IMG/VR virus record: IMGVR_UViG_3300020413_000018
Location: 1 to 43,130 of that record
DNA: 43,130 bases
Reading direction: 5' to 3' (one strand)
DNA from: a virus
Lineage: Duplodnaviria; Caudoviricetes
Position 1 is the stretch's first letter. Each line of letters begins with the position of its first letter. Below, in pieces: positions 20,901 to 28,247 of the stretch. The translations under genes and the position numbers were made by a program. Below the pieces are notes generated by a model, which was given only the letters and a program-made list of their open reading frames with translations, did not search any database and was not told where the DNA came from.

Positions 20901-21236
20901 AAAAGTCGTTTGCAACCGAGCAAGCCTAGCCGTCTGTGCGTCGTTTTGTGTTTTACTGTCGTAGAGGTCTCTACCAATAGAAATAGTATTCATATTGCGC
21001 CAACGACGATCTTCCATAAAGTAGTCGCGTGCTTCGTCTACGTCTTTAAATCGTTTGCCGTCGCGTTCATAATAATAATCAAATACGTCTTGGACAAATG
21101 CCGAGCTGTTAAAAGCGTTTCGCGCTGTTTCTTTCGTTAAGCCTGCCGCGTACCCTAAACGATCATTGTCGTCTTGGCCCACAGCATTTATTTTAGTTTG
21201 CAAATTGTTCAGAGAATTAAATAATCGTCTCGACAC
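8904..21236 (-). CDS. Giant (~4110 aa) internal virion/ejection protein of polyvalent type, with zincin and ART-like domains
   Basis: Single 12.3-kb ORF; likely start GTG 21236 with GGAG upstream. Gly/Ala-rich N-terminal hydrophobic segments. HETAH...PAEYFA. GPYGDGVY...PVFAKMSSPFD...GYDAL..DVVF. Helical C-terminal region (YIPQVWD, P.W...P..MLWQLKSFP) like the large ejection proteins of podoviruses. Confidence 0.8.
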   Translation of the reverse strand: MSRRLFNSLNNLQTKINAVGQDDNDRLGYAAGLTKETARNAFNSSAFVQDVFDYYYERDGKRFKDVDEARDYFMEDRRWRNMNTISIGRDLYDSKTQNDAQTARLARLQTTFDAMPDFYEDGGDGWQGFRTNAAAGLLDIINVVGFGSGGVAARSAAAGVMAKAGTGKVSSAATQSAIKRARSAGVKAGIIKGGTAEALAGGLVEGVHDIGTQARNIEVGIQDKYSLLQTGAAVGVGAALGAGFGAGFGLAGAVTPKALYNPMAKGFSRGSMISRGIRSGRASAFRSAADARKTAEAQAAEAAANVEPEAPQGIGTAANKARLTEAFTARAAHQRTQELQSQVMEEGLDAEDTSTINVSNSAGVETTASQRFDNAVKAMNDSVGLAAKYDADADKMVSAGGDETKIAAARDLAARHRAVADNIEVQLQIIDSPNQGTADADIKLLEDLTEQQKLIGVDPTVATAMDNDPEAKVGEGFVAENHTSGMGKALVEDVDNRVGAVLGRTSRGENLTGGDQASETAGQTLSDANEAALAEREAKIEASMRAEVDVANQKQQELDEVVAEANREVIEADRGLRKEQIGTTAEGDPIEKVVSEPDSPELKSYNEKRAALNEATEAADKQRKIVEELKTRNAEETARFQNERAERHAAKAKSSWGSGEPDAGEEGPAPVDSTPEEAVTPSDDVVFEELIANATKAETRQGLLDWLVDNLGGNLTSKQLAAQVNAAGKGNSKAAKAARISKMREITAGFLGRRDAMIIINDLQEGAYNRVVFETILEGKQKEIYDNPAAYFEPALKEYDAWINDQASQIYTDRIIDDGLLPDAAITSMRKDFGEEMADIAEATAATPKTQRVEFTPSKKEQINKFIQDLPSSMGNELNQFKEEYLKSLLASGKVDLATAKATVEELAAQKADRWMRNEGNFVARNQDAISQDIEINRETRRAFNKALQKMLDTFKPSLAEKAAGKQYKTSIEQRTFQLKGYDFGNILASPGGDPVGGTLGAERIRYVINSEGKVASPSQEAHLAARADIARLIRKYGFKDNTRVSDIINILDERNAKLQRSRQTYINIGRRSLDDETYMYGERAGERTDSAKKLDRLAYNQTDKRKGNVKVRTDQGNYRTSAGIDVSENAAARGDGSHIGYSQQQATGKITVWGKTQEGKTTTAQLQKIFNKGKGGKLFQKTRVRNGQTGKVEILSSHVTAKMQILDGAIDAASEQRVNNPVKAQRNLPYTAPRMDAIKQLDKALNKLKNAQNPRPTKKNPDPVADPQKIQKAQDEVDALHSRLKLATFEINDPSLKKSTQILVNSTQLQFARQALVNSTDDASVITDAQVMRRALKGIVSDLNSSTKKEAAADNKVKYLEDSGLADLQTEYNVLRNKLQDVTRGKLEKQSDGSLARTGEKVALEPVEFDRMRDQLTRLGKTLQEALDTGAKVDPNKADAIISAPGKERAKAARIKFARDRAEGDQATRDAAQEAAYNERRGVSVDQELITFDHITDPELRDQLEADAFNAAVTAELNNRAYNGPELTDEDYAAMAGIDPEQGRRIPPSVKKAAKKAADTVMQEEGASVERGEAIADLLAIKREQGLSNEWLKVEIKKIEDHYRAKTKPVKTPDNMPSTPKGRPPYIRVIDGIEIDLFNDLDYADLGDGKTRIKFEGFTLGTVETMPDGKAVFTRSGNGRVRVYDQRIDLIDDLLPMFRESFNKVADQMPNKYRRKDGQVGTQYPIDHNLSETYGQNKPQTPNNQKNETPLDTPAKPVNPDDPLTHNGEYYASQIPTGKMFAIQIVDETSKLKGSVRATSMKKPQSAGDMLKNSSRYKFIFGHVDLPATGVSRKDQLIETFRPMDPNDSFYNRNGQLVTVADADAELAKAANIVPDGSNVAEKKTKAADLDKIKDNPIQGSAENLAIYKEAFGQDAPMTIGALNDNMFKLENLSWQSLKTNNAYKNFMKVRSAVAALMNSSAKNGIKRPVAYSVKNNYNQLQKVMAEHAPDDLAASLSFLENLYTFTGKSPLIEAGDVNEFVPSYTDFGSKRNRVFLDKEQIAAGNKRHTPITATVIHETAHWLYANVLDETDKFQFWSAMEKFYGDAEANGELDLDLVANGSVDPQLFKNSLSSPAEYFANQFLTWVTSNGQVNNISLWGKIAQLGTMLLNNLLGREARGVQLDPDLIPIFQKHMPVLEPDPTTGRMNVGISRFAHLRAMGAKYGKPAVEGRAQNVAAVLGEKIELLDTARLKLLGAKMRTPSSLDDSLSLATDMEDVMHKVFGMFGGKAGNHRHFFNPNQAGSGNARFMLMDRTPQRETLLRAQRKVYDFLDTLTKNKRAFNPDVEDTKKGDDEIRKLLDSGATTTEATEAKIRQDSPYSNLDERIIQEMDVLATNLNNAIDVMNRAMLAKFNRQMPRDATTDLYLGINFQGRAEVRKINRTSEKFKAVARQDAADFQSKKEALDLIVAQYNRDGLNIADVDPDDLANMVDELAVPVAPLEALQRHILDDRATLTSVIQSINELGARPDLSAVPTLKELYQTAMARGEFAQKILAELVAMSEGGQKHLIVQRLAKAAAELGDPLWVQIALRWKTDPRNIGVKSEGTYTPTDQPSTDTPLAVEVSKGAMTHRRKDVESVLQSLYTAFHNAGVSQRTERGDVIDTEYTAHVITGMGPNRVDDDGNEVVLSHDTPLFKEMRTTLRKLAVKITRANDARSFKAKSSTELDKRKADLQSILYEDVLPDMYMMAYRMLPEKQQQDIFDAAQVSYAQSNTRPDATLDLFITRAMRQTNSGVKPDIGKTDTVDDRLKTLLKRQYEDSSQNQALGGTFTYDPPKFAVADVENGLKEIGQIVFDLTHDILAFPKDTIAFKRDYDEANKYFNSGEAIFLLSPTKEEVAIARTPVLMATKAVSPNVISPIIAPRYGRELVTSMSEKMQATVRTFLGSSLFTDIGEHLRFNKSPNTNVEGITRTTDGPYGDGVYMSRATEADAEFDAEDFMQQTESVLRSSSLSDIEIDGGMLSAEHIVYYRESILDLLNRSQDQNGVVNHELKRLLTLQDRHWRHLNSLDSSLVQPKVTPVFAKMSSPFDLTSQSVYSFSNDAQDNIAYLIGRMVQAKLLNFNAVEELMDTASSTFSGAALHRTLTGDAGLMVKHGTAQNGLKARQNFNKFMQGQGYDALETDIGDVVFASSAVRKAEGGFTPVDASYSSNPTRNFERKMGGSLAEEMAVLNGEVPPGYFANLVNEGQKLELPAQLVPTLGKIFKKQDLTEQDQQKVSKLSSVVNFFSENAAHFRNVGANWYADKIKPENGSGFYEQHDVELHNTINETFRKLNKLPDAGGRLSQWANRNRGLLLKDVKQPASHKRIISALRRGRGAVQQLSEAEREVASEIGRLFEAELGKMRALGINVGDARKLGNDFYIPQVWDVDELLANPNRFKQALTNYFRREQDKPDYQGQKRHSMSELEEKASNVHYRLTKGHDPSVDTHVQKALGNIFAPRVLMLEPGDMPEMDNFLVTDLQGIMSKYFDRTIRKRLLTERFGLNGHGFDTYLDVARGATMGGQGNGIDRAVEILRSQKHTSAYGGSKEGPLQVDDVKIPRVVGRGDEIKNLLMNVKEQLGDTPESRKKNKHRAKAMLINAVETSDRDNANYNIRVDAIINAMIDFPANNRISNSNESKMRDMMNVLNKRSIDGGDGTELRYVVSRNMKAFNSVSLLGFTTLTSMPDMVLSLIRSGDMKAFYKAWRGYTKFDPSYREAARNIGVGIENLMHDRAVQHSGAGNQKFTNSFFNLTGLTAWTNMNREVSAMVGFESFKTEINRAIKMRAEGQAGSRAYQTSVRYLTRYGLTGDGVGYDFLKHGAKRLDELPPGEEGIKQQVQMAMLRFTNESVFMPNPNDTPLWAQNPWQSMLWQLKSFPLMMARLSGYVLKEAKNGNFKPMIYLSTAGVGMGAASVMVKDVAQMRGGEDERSMALRERKISGTNGLMLWSIAQSLGAREDDDVDKFLGLYFEGLLAVGGLGLFAEMIYNSAAQLDNGAYGTVRIASSIFGPAVGTGVAVKDVATGVQDFITGDGENTGKRRAMLRSIAMRVPILGGVSSVREGFADLGGEPNTGGSKSSSDFNSSLFGGTFD

Positions 21237-21271
21237 GTCGGTACTCCAGTTTCCGATGCTTGTTCGCACCC

Positions 21272-21302
21272 ATCATACCAACGTGTTAAGTTCTAGTCGT
21301 CC
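21272..21302 (-). promoter_or_regulatory. Putative late promoter 1 (giant gene)
   Basis: GGACGAC-N18-TATGAT with a TGn extension. Confidence 0.7.
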
Positions 21303-24209
21303 TCACTGCTGACCAAGAATACCAAGCGTTAATTGCCTGCTGTAATCAGTGTCTGGCAAACCCTGTGATCTTAAAAAGCTCGACACGACTTGAGGTATAA
21401 TTACAGTTTCCCAACTTTCCTGCGATCTAATCATGTCATAGTCGTCTTGATCCTCAAGGTCTGCTCGTGCATCAAATAACATCTGTGTTAAAGAGCTTAC
21501 AGCATCGCTGTCTTGCATAACGGCTTGGACCTGACTGGTTATCTGTGCTTTTTCTTCTCTTATAGTTCTATTGTTGGCAGCGTCTGTTGTCACCGTTGGG
21601 GGATTGTCTGTAAGGAACTCGCTGTCTGCGCTAATATCTGGCAGCATATTCAAAATGGTCTCTACAATCGGTTGAAATTGCCGAGGCGTATTTCTTCCTC
21701 GCCCGTTTCCACCGCTTCCACCTGTACTGCTTCCGTCTGTATCTGAATTATTATTGCGATCTTGTCGTCTTCGTTGTGTGCCGTTTTCAATTGCGTGTTC
21801 TTGGCTTAGTTCGTCTCGTTTAACTAAAGCTCCATTTTCAAGTTCATAATAGTAAGTGGCATCAAGAGGTTCACCCTCGCTGTCATTTACTAATTTACCA
21901 TTACCTATAGCGGTTTCAGTCATTAAAGCATAAAGTTTCTTGTTGTTTTGGTCCCGAACAGCAGTCATCCAACTTGGCGCGACTTGAGGCTTTGCATTGG
22001 TTATTTGCTTTTTAAGTTCGCTTAGCAAAGCATTCATTTCGTCGCTTGCGGTGGTCAAATTTGGCTCTCCGTCCAACGACCAGCGCACTTCGTCTTCTTC
22101 TAAACCTTCAACATAACTTAGTATTACATCTTCAAGTTCTTCGTTAAGTTCATCTCTAGCCAATTTTACTGTTTTTGGAAGCGTCGTAACGTCAAGATTT
22201 AAAATATTCTTTTGAAGCAGTTGCTTTATGAGAGATGTAATGTCGCCAGCAGCTAGTTTTTGATACTCTTCATAGAGAGTGCCGGGTGGCGGTGTGCCAT
22301 TCATGCTGCTTCTAGCCAACCTATCCGCAACTATGTTTACGTTAGTTTCGCTAGACGAAGCTAAACCCATAGTGTTCATGGCCATAGCCACCGCTTCATT
22401 TATCTCAACAGGGCCACTTTCAGAAGTAATGTTTAAGTCTTTCATAACTTTCGACATGACGGCAACAGCTTGCGTTCTTTGCGCTTCTGGTATGTAAGCA
22501 GTACCCCCGAAAGCCAACATCACTTGACGAAGCAACTTAGCCTCATCGTTGGCTCCCGGCGCTATGCTCATAAGATTTTGCTCGACGTTTTTGCCAGTCC
22601 ACCAGTCCCGCTGATTTGTAATGTCGGCTGCAACCCTTTCAAATGTTTTGTCGTACTGAGCTTGATAATTAATAGCGTGAGCAGTAGCGCCTCGCGTATC
22701 TAGCATACGGTAAATTTCTTCAAACGCTTCGTCGTATTTAATATCTCCTTTTTCTTCTGTACCTGTTACCGTGTATTTATCTAAACCGTGCATATCACGA
22801 TATTCATTAAGCAGATCAAAAGTTAATTCTTTGCGCTCTGTAACATTTGGTGTTTTAAAGATGTCACTAAGTTCGCTATCTCTTTGCGTGACAAATTCAA
22901 TGAACTCGGCAATAGCCTTTTCTTCTAACTGATAACTAGCTTCTTCATAGCCAAAGGTTACTGCTGACAGAATTTGCGCTCTGTGTCTTTCTTTAATATC
23001 TGCACCCAATATATCGTAGTTGTTGTTTGTGCTTGCTAAAAGATCATCAACAAATTTCGTTTTGTCTTCCGCGCTATGATATTTCGACATCACAGTAGCG
23101 CCACTTTTTAGCGAACTTGTAAACCCCGCAATGATATTATTGACCTGTTCTTGTGCGGTCTGTTCTCGCTCTGGTTTGTTTGCCGCTTCTTGCGCTGTTC
23201 GGTATGCAGTAACTTGTTCAGGACTAGGTACACCTAATCCATTTCTAGCAAAATACGCTTTGGCCAAAGCTGTTATTTCTGCATCGGTTTTGTCAGCAAA
23301 ACTTATAGATAGGTCGGCTTCTACTGCGGCAATAGCATCCCGCTGCAAAACAGAAATCCCAGACTTAAATTGTTCTTCCGCATCAGCTAACAAATCGCTA
23401 AGTTGGTTTGATGAAGGATCAGGCGCGTAGCCGTTTGTAAAAGAGTTTTTATAAAATGCCTCAACAGCCGTTTTAAAACTTTCTACGTCAGTAAATCTTT
23501 TATCGCTAATTAGGTTTGGAATTGCAGCCAGTGTCAATGTCTTTGCATTTTCATGTGCAGCAAGTTGGCGTCGTGAAACGTCAGTGGTTTTTTGCGAGGC
23601 GACCCACGCTTTTAAAAAATCTGGCGCAGCGGTTTCAGCAGCGGTCCACGCATCTTCTGTTTTTAAATTTGCAAAATTGTTTAACCGAGCATAGTCCATT
23701 CTGTATTCTGATTGGTTTAAACGCACTTGGTTATTAAACCAGCCTCTGCCAAACATGCCATCTGGGATGTTAGCAGACGCCAGACTATCACGAAATTGGC
23801 TATACTCTTTCAATCCACCTTTTATAATTTTTCCTGTTTTCTCATCTTTTTTGTCTGTAAAATTAGTGGTCGTGAATGGAGCGGCAAGTTCCTTGGCAAT
23901 TTCTAATTGAGTTAAAACGTTGCCCAGAGCGTTACCAGCCGCAACAGTTTGTTTGTTCGCTTGGATTTGGCCAAGCCTTTTTGATGTTTCTTCTAATGCG
24001 CCCGTCGAAGGAAGACCCGCGCCAAAGTATGTATTGCCGCCAGACAAAGCAGACCTGTAGTTTGCCAAGTCTTGCGTGCTGACCTTTGCGCCCATGTCGG
24101 CGTTCATCTTTACAAAATTATTAAACAGCTCCGCATTTTCTGACCTACGACGACGACTTGTATCGACTGCTTCATTATAGCCTTTGCGAAATGCGTTACC
24201 TAGTCTCAT
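21303..24209 (-). CDS. Putative internal virion/ejection protein (968 aa)
   Basis: Long helical ORF directly upstream of the giant gene. No catalytic motif recognised. Confidence 0.65.
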   Translation of the reverse strand: MRLGNAFRKGYNEAVDTSRRRRSENAELFNNFVKMNADMGAKVSTQDLANYRSALSGGNTYFGAGLPSTGALEETSKRLGQIQANKQTVAAGNALGNVLTQLEIAKELAAPFTTTNFTDKKDEKTGKIIKGGLKEYSQFRDSLASANIPDGMFGRGWFNNQVRLNQSEYRMDYARLNNFANLKTEDAWTAAETAAPDFLKAWVASQKTTDVSRRQLAAHENAKTLTLAAIPNLISDKRFTDVESFKTAVEAFYKNSFTNGYAPDPSSNQLSDLLADAEEQFKSGISVLQRDAIAAVEADLSISFADKTDAEITALAKAYFARNGLGVPSPEQVTAYRTAQEAANKPEREQTAQEQVNNIIAGFTSSLKSGATVMSKYHSAEDKTKFVDDLLASTNNNYDILGADIKERHRAQILSAVTFGYEEASYQLEEKAIAEFIEFVTQRDSELSDIFKTPNVTERKELTFDLLNEYRDMHGLDKYTVTGTEEKGDIKYDEAFEEIYRMLDTRGATAHAINYQAQYDKTFERVAADITNQRDWWTGKNVEQNLMSIAPGANDEAKLLRQVMLAFGGTAYIPEAQRTQAVAVMSKVMKDLNITSESGPVEINEAVAMAMNTMGLASSSETNVNIVADRLARSSMNGTPPPGTLYEEYQKLAAGDITSLIKQLLQKNILNLDVTTLPKTVKLARDELNEELEDVILSYVEGLEEDEVRWSLDGEPNLTTASDEMNALLSELKKQITNAKPQVAPSWMTAVRDQNNKKLYALMTETAIGNGKLVNDSEGEPLDATYYYELENGALVKRDELSQEHAIENGTQRRRQDRNNNSDTDGSSTGGSGGNGRGRNTPRQFQPIVETILNMLPDISADSEFLTDNPPTVTTDAANNRTIREEKAQITSQVQAVMQDSDAVSSLTQMLFDARADLEDQDDYDMIRSQESWETVIIPQVVSSFLRSQGLPDTDYSRQLTLGILGQQ

Positions 24210-25120
24210 TTTGCTATTCCTTTGTACTTTGGAACGCCAGCGCCAAGACTTGCTGTTCTGTAATACTCAAGCTCTCTATCTTGTTCGCTCAATACGTTTG
24301 TTCTATTTTCAGTAAGGCCAAGGTTATAGCCAACGTTAGGTGCAATCTGTTCGCCAAAGCTACCCACTGCCGCGCCAAATGTTTCTTGACTATCGGCTGC
24401 GGTTTCCATCGCTGACCGAGTAAAATCGCCTTGGTTTGTAAAAGACTGCTGCAGCATTTGCGGAGCGTAGTTAGTAAGTAATGGGCTTTCTGCTCCAATG
24501 GCTGTGTTGTATACGCCTTTTACTTCGTCTAGTGCGCTGGCGCGACCTGTGTTTAATGTATCTACATAAGACTTGGTTCTGTTAATTGCGCTATCGAAAG
24601 CCATTTGGTCTAACTCTGCGATCTTATCTACAGATTTTTCTATAATGTCGGCTTGCCGATCACTATTGTACGTGCTGCTGCCCACACCTTTTGCTATGTT
24701 AGCGGCTGTTTCCTGTGACGTCACACGCTCAACTACGTCCATATATCCAGACATGTAATTTTCTCGGATGTCTTGATAGTTCTTTTCAATGTCGCCCTTG
24801 TTCACCATGTTGTACTCGCCCAACTTGGCGCTTGCTCTTTTAATCTCTAAGTCTAGCTTACTCGTTCGGTCCAAAAGACGTTGCTGAGCTTGAAGTTCTG
24901 ATTGCGCTCTTGCTTGCGCCATAGCTGTGTATTCAGCAGCAAGTCGTTGCTGAAAAGCCATCTGGTCGCGTGCAATAGCTTCGTCTTGCATCTGCTGGTT
25001 AAGCGACATTCCCATGTCAAAAAAGGAACCGCCCATTTCGGCGATGCCTCTATCTCGACTACCTTCTTGGAAACTGCTGCCAAAACTTCTGCCAAAGGCT
25101 TCGCCTATGTTTACTGCCAT
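24206..25120 (-). CDS. Putative internal virion/ejection protein (304 aa)
   Basis: Gly-rich amphipathic N-terminus, Gln/Ala coiled coil, AGGAG RBS. Confidence 0.65.
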   Translation of the reverse strand: MAVNIGEAFGRSFGSSFQEGSRDRGIAEMGGSFFDMGMSLNQQMQDEAIARDQMAFQQRLAAEYTAMAQARAQSELQAQQRLLDRTSKLDLEIKRASAKLGEYNMVNKGDIEKNYQDIRENYMSGYMDVVERVTSQETAANIAKGVGSSTYNSDRQADIIEKSVDKIAELDQMAFDSAINRTKSYVDTLNTGRASALDEVKGVYNTAIGAESPLLTNYAPQMLQQSFTNQGDFTRSAMETAADSQETFGAAVGSFGEQIAPNVGYNLGLTENRTNVLSEQDRELEYYRTASLGAGVPKYKGIAK

Positions 25121-25123
25121 GTC

Positions 25124-25825
25124 TTAACTCCTACGATCATACCTAGCTGGCAAACCAGTTGATCTTTGGTTCAATAGGTTTTTGCCAAAGGCTCCCGCTC
25201 TCAAGGCTTGAGGCCCATAACCGGGGGTAAGGTTACCCAGACCACCACCAAAGCTAGTTGCCATGCGGTAAATTTCGTCGTTATTTAGCGCCTGCCCCGG
25301 CAATGGCTGCTCATTGTTTGTCGCTATGTCGGAAGCCATTTCCGTACTGACCATGTCTGTTTGTTCCATACTGCCTTCGGGCATAGGGTTTTCTATCTCG
25401 CCTGCTTCACCACCAAATAATGCACGAGTGCCAAAACCTTCCCCACCTTGGCCAGTTGCATCGACGTTTTGGTTCGGGACAACAGCTCTATCTATTCTTG
25501 GCAAGCCTGATGCGTCTGCATACTCACTGCCTAAAAAAGACGCGCCAGCACGCTGCGTTTCAAAAGGCGAAATAAACCTTTCCACACCTTCAGAGCCTAG
25601 TACCATTGTTAAGTCGTCGTCTTGTATCCCCGGCACAGTCGCCCGTGCCTCTCGGACAAACTCGTTTTGATTGCTCGGATCAGTAGGAGCAGCATCAGCA
25701 GTAATAAACTGCTCTGGTCCAGTTGTTTCTGGAACCACAGTCATTGGTAGTGCTGCTACCCTTGGTGCTGCTGGTTGTGATACTGGTGCTACATAACCGC
25801 CGCCGCCGCCGCCAAAGTTGCCCAT
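25124..25825 (-). CDS. Putative minor virion protein with MGNFGGGGGG N-terminus (233 aa)
   Basis: AGGAG RBS, low-complexity sequence, located in the internal-protein cluster. Confidence 0.65.
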   Translation of the reverse strand: MGNFGGGGGGYVAPVSQPAAPRVAALPMTVVPETTGPEQFITADAAPTDPSNQNEFVREARATVPGIQDDDLTMVLGSEGVERFISPFETQRAGASFLGSEYADASGLPRIDRAVVPNQNVDATGQGGEGFGTRALFGGEAGEIENPMPEGSMEQTDMVSTEMASDIATNNEQPLPGQALNNDEIYRMATSFGGGLGNLTPGYGPQALRAGAFGKNLLNQRSTGLPARYDRRS

Positions 25826-25835
25826 GTTGCTTCTC

Positions 25836-27320
25836 CTATCCTATGACGACGCCCACGCGCCTATCGTTAAGCCCAGTCCGACGCCTACTGTTAGACTGCT
25901 GCAAACTGTTGACTGGTTGCATCATAGCAGTTCCGTAGTTTCGGTTCGTCCCACTTTGCTGAAGGTATCGAACACCCTTCATATCTGGCTGTGCATCAAA
26001 CAACGGGTTGTTAGACGCAGAGATAGCAGGCGAGCCAATTAGATTAGTAGGCTGTGCAGTATTAGGGTTCGCATTTTCTGCATTTGCCAAAAGCCACGCT
26101 TGCCAATCGAAGTCAGGTGTGCCTGCCGCAACATCCCCTGACGTATCGGAAAGGCCTGTATTCTGCATAGTTGAAATAGCGGGTGTCACGTTTTGAGAAG
26201 GTGTCGCAGCCGAACTGTTATTTGGCGCACCAGAAAGACTTGCACCAAAACCACCTACTTCTTTTTCTTGTTCAGTTCGTGCTTCATACGGCGACTTGAT
26301 GTCGCTGCTCATAATTCCTGGCCTTACGTCTTGCATCCTGCTGCCAACGTAAGAACCAATGCCTTCTGTTAGCCCGACACCCGTTGCTACTGCGCCAGCA
26401 GTTGCTTGCCCAACACTGCCCGTCTTGTCATAAATTCCCTGTGCTACTACTGGAACCGCCTTGTCAGCAGCAAAGTCGCCAAGCGCACCCCCCAAAGCGT
26501 TAGTGTAGTCAAAGCTCGCGGTGCTGGCTGTGCCTTCCCACCCCGGCACACGCGGCCCGTAGGTGTTCATCATTTCGTAGTTTGTGCCAGTGCCAAGTAT
26601 ACTGCCAACAGGCCCAAGCACTTGTCCAAGCACTAATCCTTCAACCAAGTTGCCAAAACCAGTTGCAACCCGCTGCCCAAAAGTGTTCGTGCCTACGTTG
26701 CCAGCAGCATCAGACGCAAGGTTGCGCTGAAACGGTTGATTGTAAGCCTTAGCCAAAGCGTCAAAGCTGGATTGATTGACACGATTGTTATAACCTGATC
26801 CTTCGTAGGTTTCGTTAAGAGTTGATCCAAGAGCGTTGCCTAATGGATCGTTAAAGTCAGAGCCGGGGAATGAATACGTTGTGCCGCCGTCGTACTTTTG
26901 GCGCATTAGCTTGCCCAGCATTTCAGTCGCAGCTTTTTGGTCATCTGGCGTTGGTGGCCCGTATCCCACTTCCGCGTTGGTCGGGCTAAATCCTTCCAAT
27001 AAATAGCCGCCCTTGCCCATTCCGACGTTGATTAAGTCTTGGTCAATAACAGGAAGGCCAACGTTGGACGCATCCCAATCAGTTTTTGCCGATTTGTAAG
27101 CTGCTTCGTAAGCCACCTTATTGTCGTAGTTGTCGCTGGCAGTCTGTTTTGCTTGAGCGTAAGCGCCAGACTGTATAGGCTGGCCCTTACTGTCTACCGC
27201 ACCAGTCACACCCTTGTAGGTGGATGAGTAGCCTTTCTTCGCCAGCTCAGCATCCACAGCCGCGTCTTTCTCACTGGAATTTTTGTCACTTTTGTCGTCG
27301 TCACTACCACCAAAACACAT
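25836..27320 (-). CDS. Putative internal virion protein with MCFGG N-terminus (494 aa)
   Basis: Likely start is ATG 27320 (AAGGA upstream, immediately after the GNAT stop). Gly-zipper hydrophobic segments. Confidence 0.65.
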   Translation of the reverse strand: MCFGGSDDDKSDKNSSEKDAAVDAELAKKGYSSTYKGVTGAVDSKGQPIQSGAYAQAKQTASDNYDNKVAYEAAYKSAKTDWDASNVGLPVIDQDLINVGMGKGGYLLEGFSPTNAEVGYGPPTPDDQKAATEMLGKLMRQKYDGGTTYSFPGSDFNDPLGNALGSTLNETYEGSGYNNRVNQSSFDALAKAYNQPFQRNLASDAAGNVGTNTFGQRVATGFGNLVEGLVLGQVLGPVGSILGTGTNYEMMNTYGPRVPGWEGTASTASFDYTNALGGALGDFAADKAVPVVAQGIYDKTGSVGQATAGAVATGVGLTEGIGSYVGSRMQDVRPGIMSSDIKSPYEARTEQEKEVGGFGASLSGAPNNSSAATPSQNVTPAISTMQNTGLSDTSGDVAAGTPDFDWQAWLLANAENANPNTAQPTNLIGSPAISASNNPLFDAQPDMKGVRYLQQSGTNRNYGTAMMQPVNSLQQSNSRRRTGLNDRRVGVVIG

Positions 27321-27321
27321 C

Positions 27322-27792
27322 TCACAATTCCTTTTGAAAAATGTAGCCCGTCTGATTATAGCCGTGCGTTCTCGCAAACCTTTTCCAGCCGTCTCGGACG
27401 CCATTGTTGCAAGGCATAAACAACATAAAGTCAGCCTCTTTATACCTAGCCCAATGGTCAAACTTGTTCATAAAGTGTGTTGCTGTCGGGCCACCACGAT
27501 GCAATGGATGAACAAACATATTTTGTTCTATTGCTACTGAAGAATTACCGAAATAATGGTTGCCAAGGTTGGCTAAAAACCAGCCGATTATAGCTGCTCC
27601 TTCGTTTACACCGTCGTCGTAATCTGCAACAAGCGCCAGCTTGTCGTCGTTTGCGCGGTAGTCATCAAGCATACGTGTAACTTTTTTTTTGTCGTAGTCA
27701 GCATTGCCAAATACGCCTTCGGCGTGCATCAGCTTACCAGCCTCTGCTACGTTCTTAACGTCGAACCTGTGCATTTGCCTGATTTCAATCAT
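27322..27792 (-). CDS. GNAT-family acyltransferase
   Basis: IRQM...D, IIGWF, MFVHPLHRGG (motif A), and G-Y...G near the C-terminus. Confidence 0.8.
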   Translation of the reverse strand: MIEIRQMHRFDVKNVAEAGKLMHAEGVFGNADYDKKKVTRMLDDYRANDDKLALVADYDDGVNEGAAIIGWFLANLGNHYFGNSSVAIEQNMFVHPLHRGGPTATHFMNKFDHWARYKEADFMLFMPCNNGVRDGWKRFARTHGYNQTGYIFQKEL

Positions 27793-28247
27793 GGCGTTCG
27801 TCCATACATCGGGCCAACGTAGTCGTAGCCTAGTCGCTTGGCCATAATGTCAAAGCCTTCGTGAACGCTGACGGTTGGTGCAAAAAACATTTTTCTTGCG
27901 TGCGTCTCACCGTCCACCCACCTTCTGAACCAACGCATAAACTCCATAGGTATCTTTAAGTTTCCGCGATGCTCTGGGTCGATATACATAAGGTTTTGGT
28001 GAGCCACCCAGTCTCTGCCAAAAAAAGTCTTTTCAATTTCAGCTAGGAAAAATCCAACGACCTTACCATCTTTTTCAAATACTAAATAACAATATAAGTC
28101 TCCCCACATTGCACGACGGGCGTGCGCTCGCATGTCGTCTAGGTCTATGTCAAAATGTTTGTAGATACCCTCACGTATCATTTTCGTGCCAAGAGCGACA
28201 CATTCCTCTATGTCTTTTTCTTCGGCGTATCTAACATTTTCGCTCAT
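27789..28247 (-). CDS. GNAT-family acyltransferase
   Basis: VRYAEEKDI, VFEKDGKVVGF, MYIDPEHRG and KRLGY motifs. Confidence 0.85.
   Translation of the reverse strand: MSENVRYAEEKDIEECVALGTKMIREGIYKHFDIDLDDMRAHARRAMWGDLYCYLVFEKDGKVVGFFLAEIEKTFFGRDWVAHQNLMYIDPEHRGNLKIPMEFMRWFRRWVDGETHARKMFFAPTVSVHEGFDIMAKRLGYDYVGPMYGRTP

Noticed and set aside
8904-21236. Virion RNA polymerase (N4- or crAss-like) as the identity of the giant protein
   Set aside because: I found no DxDGD/DFDID motif or T7-type polymerase motifs by eye. A highly diverged polymerase cannot be excluded without structure prediction.
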